Positions 13,000 through 25,599 of a stretch of DNA of 64,000 nucleotides are shown in pieces; within the stretch, counting starts at the first letter, position 1, and each line of letters begins with the position of its first letter. Source of the DNA: Octopus vulgaris (Eukaryota); NCBI GenBank assembly GCA_951406725.2, contig OX597839.1:9362001-9426000 (forward strand), read 5' to 3'. A model generated the notes under the pieces. The model was not told the DNA's origin, made no database searches, and saw only the letters and a list, made by a program, of their open reading frames with translations. Position numbers and translations under genes: made by a program.

Positions 13000-13396
13000 C
13001 TAGCAGTATCGCCCGGCATTGCTCGGGTTTGTAAGGGAAATAACTATATAAGCATTTTTAGAGAGTTATAGCCAAAAAATAGCAAAAAAATGCATTAAAA
13101 ATGGGGAAAAAATGATGGTAATTTTTTTTTTAATCGTTGACTCATCGTAGACATTTTTAGAAAGTTACTTCCCTTATATAATAGCGAAAAAATGCATTAA
13201 AATGGAAAAAAATTATGGTAAATTTTTTTTTAAATCGTAGACTCATCGTAGACGCGCGCTAATACCCAGAAGGGCTCGATATGAATCACGACTATAAGAT
13301 ACCCGGTTTTGGTTAAACTGCACCGCAAAATGTGGGAGTAGTTAGGAATCTAAATCGTAGGAGACAGACACACAACTTCACTTTTATATATAAAGA
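13000..13396 (-). mobile_element. Non-autonomous Helitron, unit 1
   Basis: Minus strand has 5' TCTTTATATATAAAAG and a 3' hairpin CCCGAGCAATGCCGGG followed by CGATACTGCTAG|T. Confidence 0.85.
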
Positions 13397-13902
13397 CTAG
13401 CAGTATCGCCCGGCGTTGCTCAGGTTTGTAAGGGAAATAACTATATAAGCATTTTTAGAGAGTTACTTCCCTTATAAATTCGGGCTTTCTTAGCCATTTT
13501 TGTTTTGGTGTCTTCAAGCCATGAAGTCGTTGTTCTAAAAGAACGCTGGTTTCCTTCACAACGCATTACGACGTTGATTTCTTTACACTCCCTTCCCCAC
13601 AGCTTCACGAGGGAGGGAAGGGGGAGAAGCAAACAGGTGCAGCTGTGAGCGTGGACGCCAACTCCGCCGCCATCGACATACGATGCATTTTATGCATTAA
13701 AATGGAATAAAAAATTATGTTAAATTATTTTTAAAATCGTAGACTCATCGTTGACGCGTGCTAATAGTCAGACGGGCTAGATATTAATCACGACTATAAG
13801 ATACCCGGTTTTGGTTAAACTGCACCGCAAAATGTGGGAGGAGTTAGGAATCTAAATCGAAGGGGACAGACACTCACACAACTAGAGTTTTATATATATA
13901 GA
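13397..13902 (-). mobile_element. Non-autonomous Helitron, unit 2
   Basis: Minus strand has an A|TCTATATATATAAAAC 5' end and the same 3' hairpin with CTAG. It carries an extra internal segment at about 13478-13690. Confidence 0.85.
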
Positions 13903-14803
13903 TTTGTTTGAATGATACTAAGAGCCAACAAGAGACTTTTTGAATAGAAGCTAAAAAAGAATGAAGATAAAATGAACCTAAATGAAGGAAACATACTTGT
14001 ATCATGCTACCCCTTCTTGCCTGGGGAAAATGAAAGTGAAAATGAAAGTGGTATTTTTTAAGATCATGCCCTATTCAGATACAATGTATGAAAAACAACC
14101 AGCTTACCTTCATCCCCATTCCTACCTCTCATCAATTCAATTGATGAACATTTCTGCCAAAGCAGGGTCAAGAGGCGCTCTCTTTATTTCTTTTATCATT
14201 AATTATGGGAACTTAAAACATAAACTCTAACCAAAGATTAGAGGATTATAAGAATTATATTACATTCAAACTCAGAGAAGCTTAAAATGTGTTCAATTCC
14301 ACCGGGAATACTAATGGCTTTTGTTCAACAAAAATCAGCATTGTAGACAAGTTGTTTGTGAATCTACAAGTGTTCCGAGTTCTTCTATGTCAAATTTGTC
14401 TCGGAAATTCCTTTCTCTCGCTTTCTCTATTCAATTGATGATAAATCTACACAGAACACAGAACAAAATTGGATAAATATTTGAAAATACAACTATCATT
14501 AGTCTTACCACACCACCACCACTAACAACCATTTGCTGTGTCTATCTAAATCACTAACCCTGTTTACTCCTTCACTCCCACACCACCAACACAATGCCAC
14601 CAAGAGAATCTTTAATCAACTATCTGTCTACTATGTCTCAATATACTTGGTCTGAATTGACCAAGAGTGTCTCCATGTGGTTGTTTGATCTGCTAGAAAG
14701 AGCACGCAAGTTATCCACAAACTTACATTCAACTGTCTTTAACCCTTTCATTACCATATATATTTTGAGATGCTCTGTATTTCTTTCAATTATTTTAAAT
14801 ATA

Positions 14804-15073
14804 GGGAGATGTACTTGCATAGCAAGTGATTTGATCTGAGATTGTGTGCTGGAACGAAAACAATTGCAGCGTGGAAGGTGTTTGTAAGCCATTTAAGAAA
14901 CACACAAAAGCCATTCGTTTCACTTCAACATTTAAGTTTAATTTGTCAGTGAACAGGTCGCGGTCTTATAGCGACGAAAATATTTTGACAAATTAAACTT
15001 AAATGTTGAAGTGAATCGAACAGCTTTTGTGTGTTTCTTAAATGGCTTACAAACACCTTCCACGCTGCAATTG
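14804..15073. mobile_element. Penelope-like foldback insertion with hammerhead-like fold
   Basis: 12-bp TSD ATTTTAAATATA (14792-14803, 15074-15085). Inverted arms at about 14860-14948 and 14986-15073. A second copy lies at 45757-46063. Confidence 0.75.
14943..14991 (+). ncRNA. Hammerhead-ribozyme-like motif, G3:C8 variant
   Basis: TTGTCA-GTGAACA-G-GTCGC(GGTCTTATA)GCGAC-GAAA-ATAT-TT-TGACAA gives stems I and II and a palindromic stem III. Confidence 0.6.
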
Positions 15074-15753
15074 ATTTTAAATATAACAAAGAATTTAATA
15101 AAATAACTTAGTTACCATTCAGCTAGTGTTAGTAACATAAATTGTGACTAAGATTTGAATTGGAAGATTTGAATTCAAAACATAAGAAAACAAGACATTT
15201 GTACTACAGAGCCAGAGGTGGTTTTGGCCAGGTTGGTAATGAAAGGGTTAAAAAATGACATGTTTGTCATAGTTGGAGTACCTTTGATCGTAGATCTGTT
15301 TGATCAGGGAAAACCTGGGGCTAAAATTAACATAATGAATCATTTTACTTCAATTTAGCTACCTACTGAGATACACAAAGATTTAAAATGTTGACTGAAG
15401 TCAACTTTGTCTTTCTTTAAAAAAAAGTACCAGTTAAGTACTAGGGTCAACTACCCTCTCTCTTTCAAAATTCCTAGCCTTGCACTTAAATCAGAAGTAG
15501 TAAAATTGTTAGCATGCTGGGCAAAATGCTTAGCAGTATTTTGTCTGTCTTAATGTTCTGAGTTCAAATACACAATTGATACTTAATTTATCAACCCCAA
15601 AGGGACAAAAGCAAAGTCAATCTTGGCAGAATTTGAACTCAGAACGTAAAGATGGACAGTCATAATATACAAACATTTCCCATGGCACCACTACACTGTT
15701 TACAGATGCATACATTTTTTATGTTTTCCATGACTTTATCACAGGTCAAGCTA

Positions 15754-15794
<41 letters not shown>

Positions 15795-15862
15795 TATTGT
15801 TATTATTATTATTATTACTATTATTATTATTGTTATTATTATTATTATTACTATTATTATTA

Positions 15863-15899
<37 letters not shown>

Positions 15900-15907
15900 T
15901 ATTATTA

Positions 15908-15989
<82 letters not shown>

Positions 15990-16271
15990 TTTTTTTTTCT
16001 TCTTTCAAATTTGCTTCCATTTCTTGCCGAGTGTCTTCCCGACTCCTAGGGCAAAGAAACTCATAGTATACATTGGTAGGCCATTAAACCAAACTCAGTA
16101 GTTCGTTAATTTTTTTTTTTCTTTTTAAAGTTAAATTAAAATACATGAGCAGCAACAGTTCTCACATCGACAATGCTCTTCTCAATACGTGTTCTCAATT
16201 ATTATTATTATTATTATTATTACTATTATTATTATTGTTATTATTATTATTATTATTACTACTATTATTAC

Positions 16272-16349
<78 letters not shown>

Positions 16350-16358
16350 TATTATTAC

Positions 16359-16395
<37 letters not shown>
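15754..16395. repeat. (ATT)n microsatellite tracts
   Basis: Tracts at 15754-15989 and 16198-16395. Confidence 0.98.
15990..16197 (-). mobile_element. 5'-truncated non-LTR retrotransposon 3' end (Dong/R4-like) within (AAT)n
   Basis: Minus strand encodes EHVLRRALSM*, resembling the AHILRRVLS-type C-terminus of RLE-clade LINEs. A 3' UTR and A-tail follow, with (TAA)n on both sides. Confidence 0.55.
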
Positions 16396-16908
16396 CTCTT
16401 GCTATTTTTGGCATTCATACAACTATGTGCAATAAAGGGCAGTCTTTCCTCACATGTTCACATCCTGGTCGCTAATATTCTATTCCAATAAAACCGGGTA
16501 TTAGTGCCCAAATTGTAAATGGTGGGAAATTCCATTGTAACTAATACAACATTTACAAGAATTTTTTAATACTGAAAATGTTTTTGGCATCTTACTTAAG
16601 CTAACTGAAATGTAATGACCCATGAATACTTTAACTGCCGTAGCCCATAAGTATTGTTACATATTGTATTGTAATTTTAATGTTTGAACTGGCTTGTCTT
16701 AGAGAGTATAAATACTTGTGTAACCGATGCAACGGATTGAAAGACATCATACCTGACTTGGTGGTACTTATGCTAGAAGCCCTGTGCAGAAAATTTACAT
16801 GTGGAAGCAATTTTTATATCAAAAGAAACCTGAAGTGGTATGGATGTTATACATGTTTTCATATCCAACACTGTTGTTTAATACATGCTGCAGTGCCTTT
16901 GGTAAAAT

Positions 16909-18296
16909 GTAACTGATGCAACAGGTACGTGTAAATAATGCAACAGGTACATATAACTGATGCAACAGGTACATATAACTGATGCAACAGGTACATGTAA
17001 CTGATGCAACAGGTACATATAACTGATGCAACAGGTACGTATAACTGATGCAACAGGTACATATAACTGATGCAACAGGTACATATAACTGATGCAACAT
17101 GTACGTGTAACTGATGCAACAGGTACATGTAACTGATGCAACAGGTACATATAACTGATGCAACAGGTACATGTAACTGACGCAACAGGTACGTGTAACT
17201 GATGCAACAGGTACATGTAACTGATGCAACAGGTACGTGTAACTGATGCAACAGGTACATGTGACTGATGCAACAGGTACATGTAACTGATGCAACAGGT
17301 ACGTGTAACTGATGCAACAGGTACGTGTAAATGATGCAACAGGTACATGTAACTGATGCAACAGGTACATGTAACTGATGCAACAGGTGCGTGTAACTGA
17401 TGCAACAGGTACTTGTAACTGATGCAACAGGTACATATAACTGATGCAACAGGTACATGTAACTGATGCAACAGGTATGTGTAACTAATGCAACAGGTAC
17501 ATATAACTGATGCAACAGGTACATGTAACTGATGCAACAGGTACATGTAACTGATGCAACAGGTACATGTAAGTGATGCAACAGGTACATGTAACCGATG
17601 CAACAGGTACGTGTAACTGATGCAACAGGTATGTGTAACTGATGCAACAGGTACATGTAACTGATGCAACAGGTACATGTAACTGATGCAACAGGTACAT
17701 ATAACTGATGCAACAGGTACATATAACTGATGCAACAGGTACGTGTAAATGATGCAACAGGTACGTGTAACTGATGCAACAGGTACATGTAACTGATGCA
17801 ACAGGTACATATAACTGATGCAATAGGTACATGTAACTGATGCAACAGGTACATATAACTGATGCAACAGGTATGTGTAACTGATGCAACAGGTACATGT
17901 AACTGATGCAACAGGTACATATAACTGATGCAATAGGTACATGTAACTGATGCAACAGGTACATGTAACTGATGCAACAGGTACATGTAACTGATGCAAC
18001 AGGTATGTGTAACTGATGCAACAGGTATGTGTAAATGATGCAACAGGTACATATAACTGATGCAACAGGTACGTGTAACTGATGCAACAGGTACATATAA
18101 CTGATGCAACAGGTATGTGTAACTGATGCAACAGGTATGTGTAAATGATGCAATAGGTACATATAACTGATACAACAGGTACGTGTAACTGATGCAACAG
18201 GTACATATAACTGATGCAACAGGTACATGTAATTGATGTAACTGATGCAACAGGTACATGTAAGTGATGCAACAGGTACATGTAACTGATGCAACA
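16909..18296. repeat. 22-bp minisatellite (AACTGATGCAACAGGTACATGT)n, about 63 units
   Basis: Highly regular tandem array. Variation is mostly in the last 4-5 nt of the unit (CATGT/CATAT/CGTGT/TGTGT). Confidence 0.97.
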
Positions 18297-18654
18297 TTTC
18301 CACCTAAAGATGCAACACTGAAACTCAGATACCAATTAGTAATGCACATTTTTATTTTAATCAATCTGGAACATGAGGAATTGATCAACAGGTAAAATGA
18401 ATTCAAAATGTGTGCTACACTTGAACACAAAGTTCTAAATAGCGTTTCTTGAAGCTTATTCCATGGGGTGCATGAAGTCCACACTTCATGGCAGGAGGTG
18501 CAGATGAGGGCAGCTGCATCAAACTCTCTCATGCACCAAATGTCAATTGCTAAAAAGCATTCGTGATGTAAAATCATGTAGCAACACCGAATGGCGGTAC
18601 CCCAGCATGGCCACAGCTCGTGAGCTGAAACTAGATAAAAATGATATATATATA

Positions 18655-19435
18655 TATCCTTATTGACAGCAGATTTATCAATGACAGTGGGCAGCCACCA
18701 AGTATTGTCATATCTGACAACCACACAGTCACCTATCTTAACATCAGTGGTTTGATCCACATCCTGCAGAACAGACTTGTCCTGTAACAAAGATGCGACT
18801 GTCCATTGCATAGGGGGTACTACAGTTAGCTACTTGTGCACTGTTTATGGAAGTTTCTGCCACATTATGATCAGCGACTTGCTGTATTATAGGGCTCCCA
18901 TAGTTACCTGCAAATGCACTGTTCACAAAAGTCTCACACACATCAGCGATCTGCTGCATAAAGGTCCCAGTGACACCTTCAAGCAGTGTGTCCATAGTGG
19001 TCTCACATACACATCAGTAAGCTGCTGCATGAGTCGTCCAATGCATTGAAATCAATAAGGCTTACGTAGGTCTTGCAACCTCACATTATTCAAGTAAATT
19101 TTCAAATTTATTGCATATCGTTCCATTGACAGTTTTTGATAATTTTGTTTAAGACAGAAAATGTCGCTGGTTTTTGATAGAGAAAGAGCAGTGTCTCTGG
19201 CATATCTGATTTCTAAATACAGCCTACCGACCTTCTCTTTATCTGGTATATCTGCCATGAGATAGGCATCTACCTCAGTGTTGCTAATAAATGGTCCACC
19301 GTGCTTTTTCAAAATATCGAGTCAGCTGTTCATCATCTATCCACTGCAATGTTGATGTTTTCCTTCTTTTCCAGTCCCTGTTTAGATTTTAGAACATTTA
19401 TAGATAGGTCTTACAGCTGTTTCCAGTATTTAAAA
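18655..19435 (-). pseudogene. Decayed transposon-like coding remnant of unknown superfamily
   Basis: Protein-like fragments broken by stops and frameshifts: GLEKKENINIAVDR**TAD / KKHGGPFISNTEVDAYL...RLYLEIRYARDTALSL / VKIGDCVVVRYDNTWW. Confidence 0.5.
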
Positions 19436-19619
19436 TTGGTCATTCCAAGCATAGAGTTTATACACAGTGTTATTGAATCAAGGGTTTTATTTAAAGTGAC
19501 CTAAAAATAGGGAGTGCACTAGTAGGGTCAAATCGAAAACAGGAAGAGAGGAATGAAGAAAGAGAAAAAGAAGAGAATAAGGAGAAGAAAGTAATAAAAA
19601 TAATAAAAATTATATATAT

Positions 19620-20132
19620 ATATAATTATTAATATTTGAGGGAATAAAATCCAAAACTTACAAGGGAAAAAAAATTTCAATTTAGAAATACTAAATCAAA
19701 TTTCACACAATATAATATATATATAAAAAATTAGAAAAAAAACACCTTTTATCAATTTAAAATTTTGAAATTTACTTAATCTTTGACATTTTATTGCTAT
19801 TTTAACGTTAATATGTCTATTATATGTAATTTTCTAGATGGTGTAATTTAATTGTTCATTTTGAATTGATAAAAGGTGTTTTTTTTCCAATTTTATATAT
19901 ATATATATATATATGTTTTTTTCTTTGTGTTAATTGTCCTGTACTCTATTTTTTTGCTGTTTTTAAATAAATGTCCAGTTCCTTTGGTTTGCGTCTATGT
20001 TTTCATTTCTCATTGTGTTCGATGTCCTTTTGGTGTCCTGTACTCATATATGCGTGTATATGTACATGTAGAGGTAGATACGTACATATATGTTTATATA
20101 TATGCATATGTTTTTATTTTATTTATTAATAT
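19620..20132. mobile_element. TA-embedded repeats: small foldback (19727-19894) plus family G copy (19915-20132)
   Basis: Inverted AAAAAACACCTTTTATCAATT / AATTGATAAAAGGTGTTTTTT. The G copy is the reverse complement of 4760-4970. Confidence 0.6.
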
Positions 20133-21351
20133 ATATATATATATATATATATAGTTTGCTGATGATGTCAGCAAAATATGTAGACATCAAGAAAATGGAT
20201 AAACTGGTGGTTTCAAACAAAAATATCATCGATAGTAATTGGTTCTGCCTAAGTTATAAAGACAACCCTTTGTCACTCTCAACCTCATGAAAGTAGTGAA
20301 ACTAGTAACTGGAAAGTTGTACTCTACAACAGCATTGTTCACAAAGTGTGACATATAAAATATAAATAATTTAAATAAAATAATTCAATGATATATGTCT
20401 GCTATACACTGTTGTTCTTTTAGTGAAATGTAGCAGGCAGTACACTGAACTGACTGGTGTTAAATATGACTTGTTCTTGCATATCTAGAGTTCCAATGAG
20501 AAAAAGCTTTTAATTTCATTAAAATATAGTGTATAAATTAGCATTTTGACAGTCTAATTGCAATGAGAAATGTCAGTAGTTGAAGATAACCAAATTAGAC
20601 TAAATGTTTCTTTTTTTTTCCCCCCACAACTTCGTGAATAACTCTCCTATTTCAATCAATCATGATTTTAAATATTGAACATTATCATTATTTTACTATT
20701 CTTCTGCATAAAAAGTAAAAAAAGAATGCAAAACAGCGAAAGAGAAAAAAAATGAGTATAACCACACATATTGCCTCTTTCTTTCTTTTTAACCCATTCA
20801 TTATACTAATTGATTTCAGTTGATTAAATTATGCTGCAAATTACTGATCTTGAAACAAAGTCTTTCAAGATAGGACTTCATTAAGAGAAGCAATCACATC
20901 CTCCCCCCTCCCCACACTTAACTCTGATACTCACACACACACATATATACATACATACAAACATATATATAAGAGAAAGAGATTGTAGCTGTAGGGTTAA
21001 GATATTAGGGAAATAATGGTTATGAGCTTAAACCCTGACTAATACAATGTTGGTTAAGCCACATAACAGAGTTTACTTTTGTCCGTTAGGTTAACTACAG
21101 ACGAACATTCTGAGATGTTTTAACTCCAAGAACAGAATCCAACCAGAATTAATAAAATAAAAACACCTGGTTCAACAGTATTCAAATACCTTAATATTTC
21201 CAAGATTAGCACAACCTAACCATCCTGATGGTGTAGTAAACAACAACAATACAGGTAGGGTTGACCCAAGGGCGTAGAAGACTCTAACATAAGGTGCCAT
21301 GCAGTGTGATACAATCCGGAAGCAAAATTCCTAACTATTTGGTCATGCTTG

Positions 21352-21710
21352 CACATAGCAGAGAACCATCAGAACGTGGCCATTGCCAGCGCCGCCCCGA
21401 CTGGCCTCCGTGCCGGTGGCATGTAAAAAGCACCATCCAATCGTGGCTGTTGCCAGCTTTGCCTGGCCTCCGTGTCGGTGGCACATAAAATGCACCATCC
21501 GATCGTGGCCGTTTGCCAGCCTCGCCTGGCACGTAAACAGCACCCACTACACTCATGGAGTGGTTGGCATTAGGAAGGGCATCCAGCCATAGAAACATTG
21601 CCAGATCAGACTGGGCCTAGTGCAGCCTTCTGGCTTCCCAGACCCCAGTTGAACCGTCCAACCCATGGAAAGCGGATGCTAAACGATGATGATGATGATG
21701 ATGATGATGA
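21352..21710 (+). mobile_element. Family C retroposon
   Basis: Monomers, conserved body and (GAT)n tail. Confidence 0.85.
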
Positions 21711-22274
21711 TATTACTGATTATAAAACCAAGGTCCAGAAAAAATTGCAATTAACTCTTATTTAACATTATGCTTTTCTATAAAGGAATGAATAACGCTA
21801 TCACCAATGAGTTCCACAAATTGAAAAATTGCAGAGAAATTATGTTTTGAGTTAGTTCCTTCTGTCTGCACTATCTGCAAAGTTATTTTTGAAATAAATA
21901 TTCACATATAATGGTATTATAGGTTTAAAGTCACAATATTTATTTTGAAATCAGAAGCTAAATGTGAAGAACAAACCATCAGCAAATAGTAAAACAAAAT
22001 ACTTGCTGCATAGTTTGGGTGGTTGTATGGCTAACAAGAGGGAAAAAAGTGTGATACAACTGCACCAAAGGAATACAGACATACTCTAGTAGCATCAATG
22101 CTGCTTGGCATAGGTGATGACAAGGATAACATTAATAGGTGTAGAAATCATTGTGATTTCCAACGTGCAGCAGTGTAAACTGTATGTAAAATATGAGGAT
22201 AATAATGATAATAATAGTAATAATAATAACAACAACAACAACAGCAATAATAATAATGATAATAATAATGATGA

Positions 22275-22490
22275 TCTTTTCTACTTATAGGTACAAGACC
22301 TGAAATTTTGGGGGAGGGGTAAAGTTGATTATGTTGACCCCTGTACTTGACTGGTACTTAATTTATTAATCCTGAAAGGATGAAAAGCAAAGTCAACCTC
22401 AGTGGAATTTGAACTCAGAATGTAAAGACAGGTGAAATGTCGCTAAGAATCTTGCCTGGCATGGTTAATGATTCTGCCAGCTCACCACCT
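22275..22490 (-). mobile_element. SINE B-related subfamily with alternative tail
   Basis: B head and central block with a different 3' end. A similar copy lies at 52520-52728. Confidence 0.75.
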
Positions 22491-22492
22491 TA

Positions 22493-22606
<114 letters not shown>

Positions 22607-22607
22607 T

Positions 22608-23170
22608 TATTATTATGGAGTGAGAGAGCAGTGTATGCCATCAAAGTGACACTGGGATAAAATATATGAAGCCCAGTATACCCATCATGACTACCCATCT
22701 GATAAGGGTACACTAGGCACATGCATCACAACCATATGTGCATGACATGGTGATCTCATATCAAGATAGACAGCACATGACCTTGCAGGTGGGGCCCAGT
22801 TAGAATTTTCTTCTTGTCAAGTAACCCATCTCGCTCAAAAGGTTCCTGAATAAGGGTTGTTTAAGGATGTTGAATGAAACACGCATGTTTCCAGAGATGA
22901 ATTATTCAAATCCCAAAGAATCCCTCTCAACACATGGCCATGATGCTCCCCCACTACTTCTGCTTGTGATCAGAGATGCACATATCATCAGCCACTAAGA
23001 GACATGTTCAACTGGTTACGGTCAAACAACTGACAAGCAAGTCTGTGGTATTGAGCAGAATATTTGCTGCAGCCCACCTTTTATAGCAAGACAAAACAAT
23101 GTACATGATAACACTTCCAATCAGTTAAGATCAGAAGCCACGAGAGCCATTGCCTGGTACTGCATCAGGG

Positions 23171-23172
<2 letters not shown>
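22608..23172. mobile_element. Family H, ~560-bp element embedded in (TAA)n/(TTA)n
   Basis: Bounded by trinucleotide tracts. A partial second copy lies at 4095-4250. No ORF. Confidence 0.65.
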
Positions 23173-23231
<59 letters not shown>

Positions 23232-23409
23232 GCACTGGTCACTGATATTTTATTTCACTGAAATAAAATATTGCAGAGCTGTTGTTGAAGACAGAGATTT
23301 CCATTGCCCACTAATGATTACATATCTATTGAAGATTATTCATAATGATGGCTAAAGTTAAAATGAAACTGGAGACACAAATTGTACAAAGAAAAGACAA
23401 TGATTAATT

Positions 23410-23695
23410 CAGTGGATCCCAAACATTTTCAGGCTGTTGCCCCCTTGTCACCTACGCCACATTCCTACCATGCCCTCCGTTCACTACTATAAATATAGAC
23501 CACTTTCTGTAGCAAATTTAAAACAACTTTATTTCACAAGTAAAACTTAACCTACTTAACCCATTATTTTGGGGTGGTTTTTTACTACATTGCCCCCTTT
23601 TAGTCACCCCGTTATTGCCCCACTTTTTTCAATGCCCCCACTGGATCTTTCTACCAACCCCAAGGGGGCAGTACCACCCACTTTGGGAACCACTG
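23410..23695. mobile_element. hAT-like MITE
   Basis: TIRs CAGTGGATCCCAAA / TTTGGGAACCACTG and an 8-bp TSD GATTAATT/GATTAGTT. Confidence 0.85.
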
Positions 23696-24009
23696 GATTA
23701 GTTGAATTAGACTGGACTTGTGTAACTTATATATCCAATTATATCCAAAATATTACAAAAAGAAATATTTTTTGTATATACAACACAATATTTGTTTTAG
23801 GACTATGCTTTTAACATGATTATATAATGCTTTTATCATGATTACATTATGATTCTAACATGTCTTCATCCTGATTTTATAACTATTATCACTATACGGA
23901 TTAGTCGTCTCTGTTCCTCCCATCCTCCACCTACCCTGCTCCATTCTCAAAAGGGGTGAACAGGTCTATGTATAGGTATATCTTTAGCCATTTCATTAAT
24001 TTATCTTTC

Positions 24010-24343
24010 TTTCTTTTATCTTTTACTTGTTTCAGTCATTTGACTGCGGCCATGCTGGAGCACCACCTTTAATCGAGCAACTCGCTACATAATGCAAAAT
24101 TTTTACTTTTCAAAATTCCAATTCTAAAGGGTCGAAACAAACCCGAACAACGCCGGGCGTAAAAAGCTCCCACTACACTTATGGAGTGGTTGGCGTTAGG
24201 AAGGGCATCCAGCCGTAGAAACATTGCCAGACCAGACTGGAGCCTGGTGCAGCCTCCTGGCTTCCCAGACCCCAGTTGAAGCATCCAACCCATGCTAGCA
24301 TGGAAAACAGACGCTAAATGATGATGATGATGATGATGATGAT
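24010..24343. mobile_element. Chimeric stack: SINE A tail (-), Helitron 3' fragment (+), family C 3' part (+)
   Basis: A tail at 24010-24083. ACAAACCCGAACAACGCCGGGCG ends near 24159 and runs directly into C sequence. Confidence 0.7.
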
Positions 24344-24975
24344 ACAAAGAGGGAGAAAGAAACAGACAGATCATCATCATTATCATCACTCTCATCATTT
24401 TAATGTCTGCTTTTCCATGCTTGTATGAGGCAGAGAAGAGTACAATGGAGCAGACTTTTTTTTTACAGTCAGATGCCCTTCCTGTCATCAACTGCACTTG
24501 TTTCCAAGTAAGGTAATAATCTCTGTCTACTGAACAACAAACGGTTCAGATATGTTTTGTGCAAAGAACTGGAAATAAACGGTCCCATTTGAATGGGCCC
24601 TTTTGTTTATGTCGATCACAGAAATGTCAATACAGGTCAAGAAACCCAGGTGTGCAAGCATATGACACTGTCAGCAAGCTATTGTTTCCAAACTCAGCCA
24701 ACACAAGAAGATATAAATTTACACAAACACACACACACACACACACAACAGGCTTCTTTCAGTTGCTAGCAACTAAATCAACTAGTCTTTGGTCAGATGG
24801 GCTGTAGCAGAAGATGCTTACCCCCAGATGCCATACAGTGAATTTGAAACAGAAACCACACAGTTGGGGGGAAAGTAAAACTTCTCAACCATACAGACAT
24901 GTCTGCACCTGTACATATACATATTCACACACACACATATATTTATGCATATTCACACACATATACACATATATC

Positions 24976-25202
24976 TATTTCTTTACTACCCCAAGGGGCT
25001 AAAGACAGAGAGGACAAACAAGGACAGACAAACGGATAAAGTCAATTATATCGACACCAGTGCGTAACTGGTACTTATTTAATCGACCCCGAAAGGATGA
25101 AAGGCAAAGTCGAACTCAAGGGAATTTGAACTCAGAACGTAATGGCAGACGAAATACGGCTACGCATTTCGCCCAGCGTGCTAACATTTCTGCCAGCTCG
25201 CC
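24976..25202 (-). mobile_element. SINE family B
   Basis: Full copy. Confidence 0.9.
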
Positions 25203-25599
25203 TATACACGTATATCATCATCATTCAACATCCGTTTCCATGCTGGCATGGATGAGATAGTTTGACAGGAGCTGGCAAGTCAGAAGACTGCGCCAAGCTC
25301 TACTCACTGCTTTGGCATGATTTCTACAGCCGGATGTTCTTCCTAATGACAGTTCTTCTGCTACCTCAGGTTATGGGATTTTACACTTACAGAAATTCTA
25401 AAGAATGACCATTAATTTTGGGATACTGTCTGTAATTTAGCTCTTCACAGAAACTTGTATTGCATAGTTTTAAATTGTTAATTTAAAACTACACTTTCTT
25501 CCTCACTCAATGGCCACTCGCATTTTAGTTGAGATCAAAGTATATACAGTTAACGATTTGAAAAACTATCATCACATTACAAACATACACATGTGTGCA

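Larger units (their letters stand above)
14739..15251. mobile_element. piggyBac-like MITE E2 interrupted by a foldback element
   Basis: TTAA-CCCTTTCATTACC ... GGTAATGAAAGGG-TTAA. It matches the intact copy at 41162-41389. Confidence 0.85.

Noticed and set aside
15652-16491. Poly-I/L/N/Y ORFs
   Set aside because: (ATT)n microsatellite.
16909-18296. CRISPR-like array
   Set aside because: No unique spacers, no cas genes and a eukaryotic context.
16859-18811. 650-aa and overlapping Cys/His-rich ORFs
   Set aside because: They are translations of the 22-bp minisatellite, and all three frames give the same repeat peptide.
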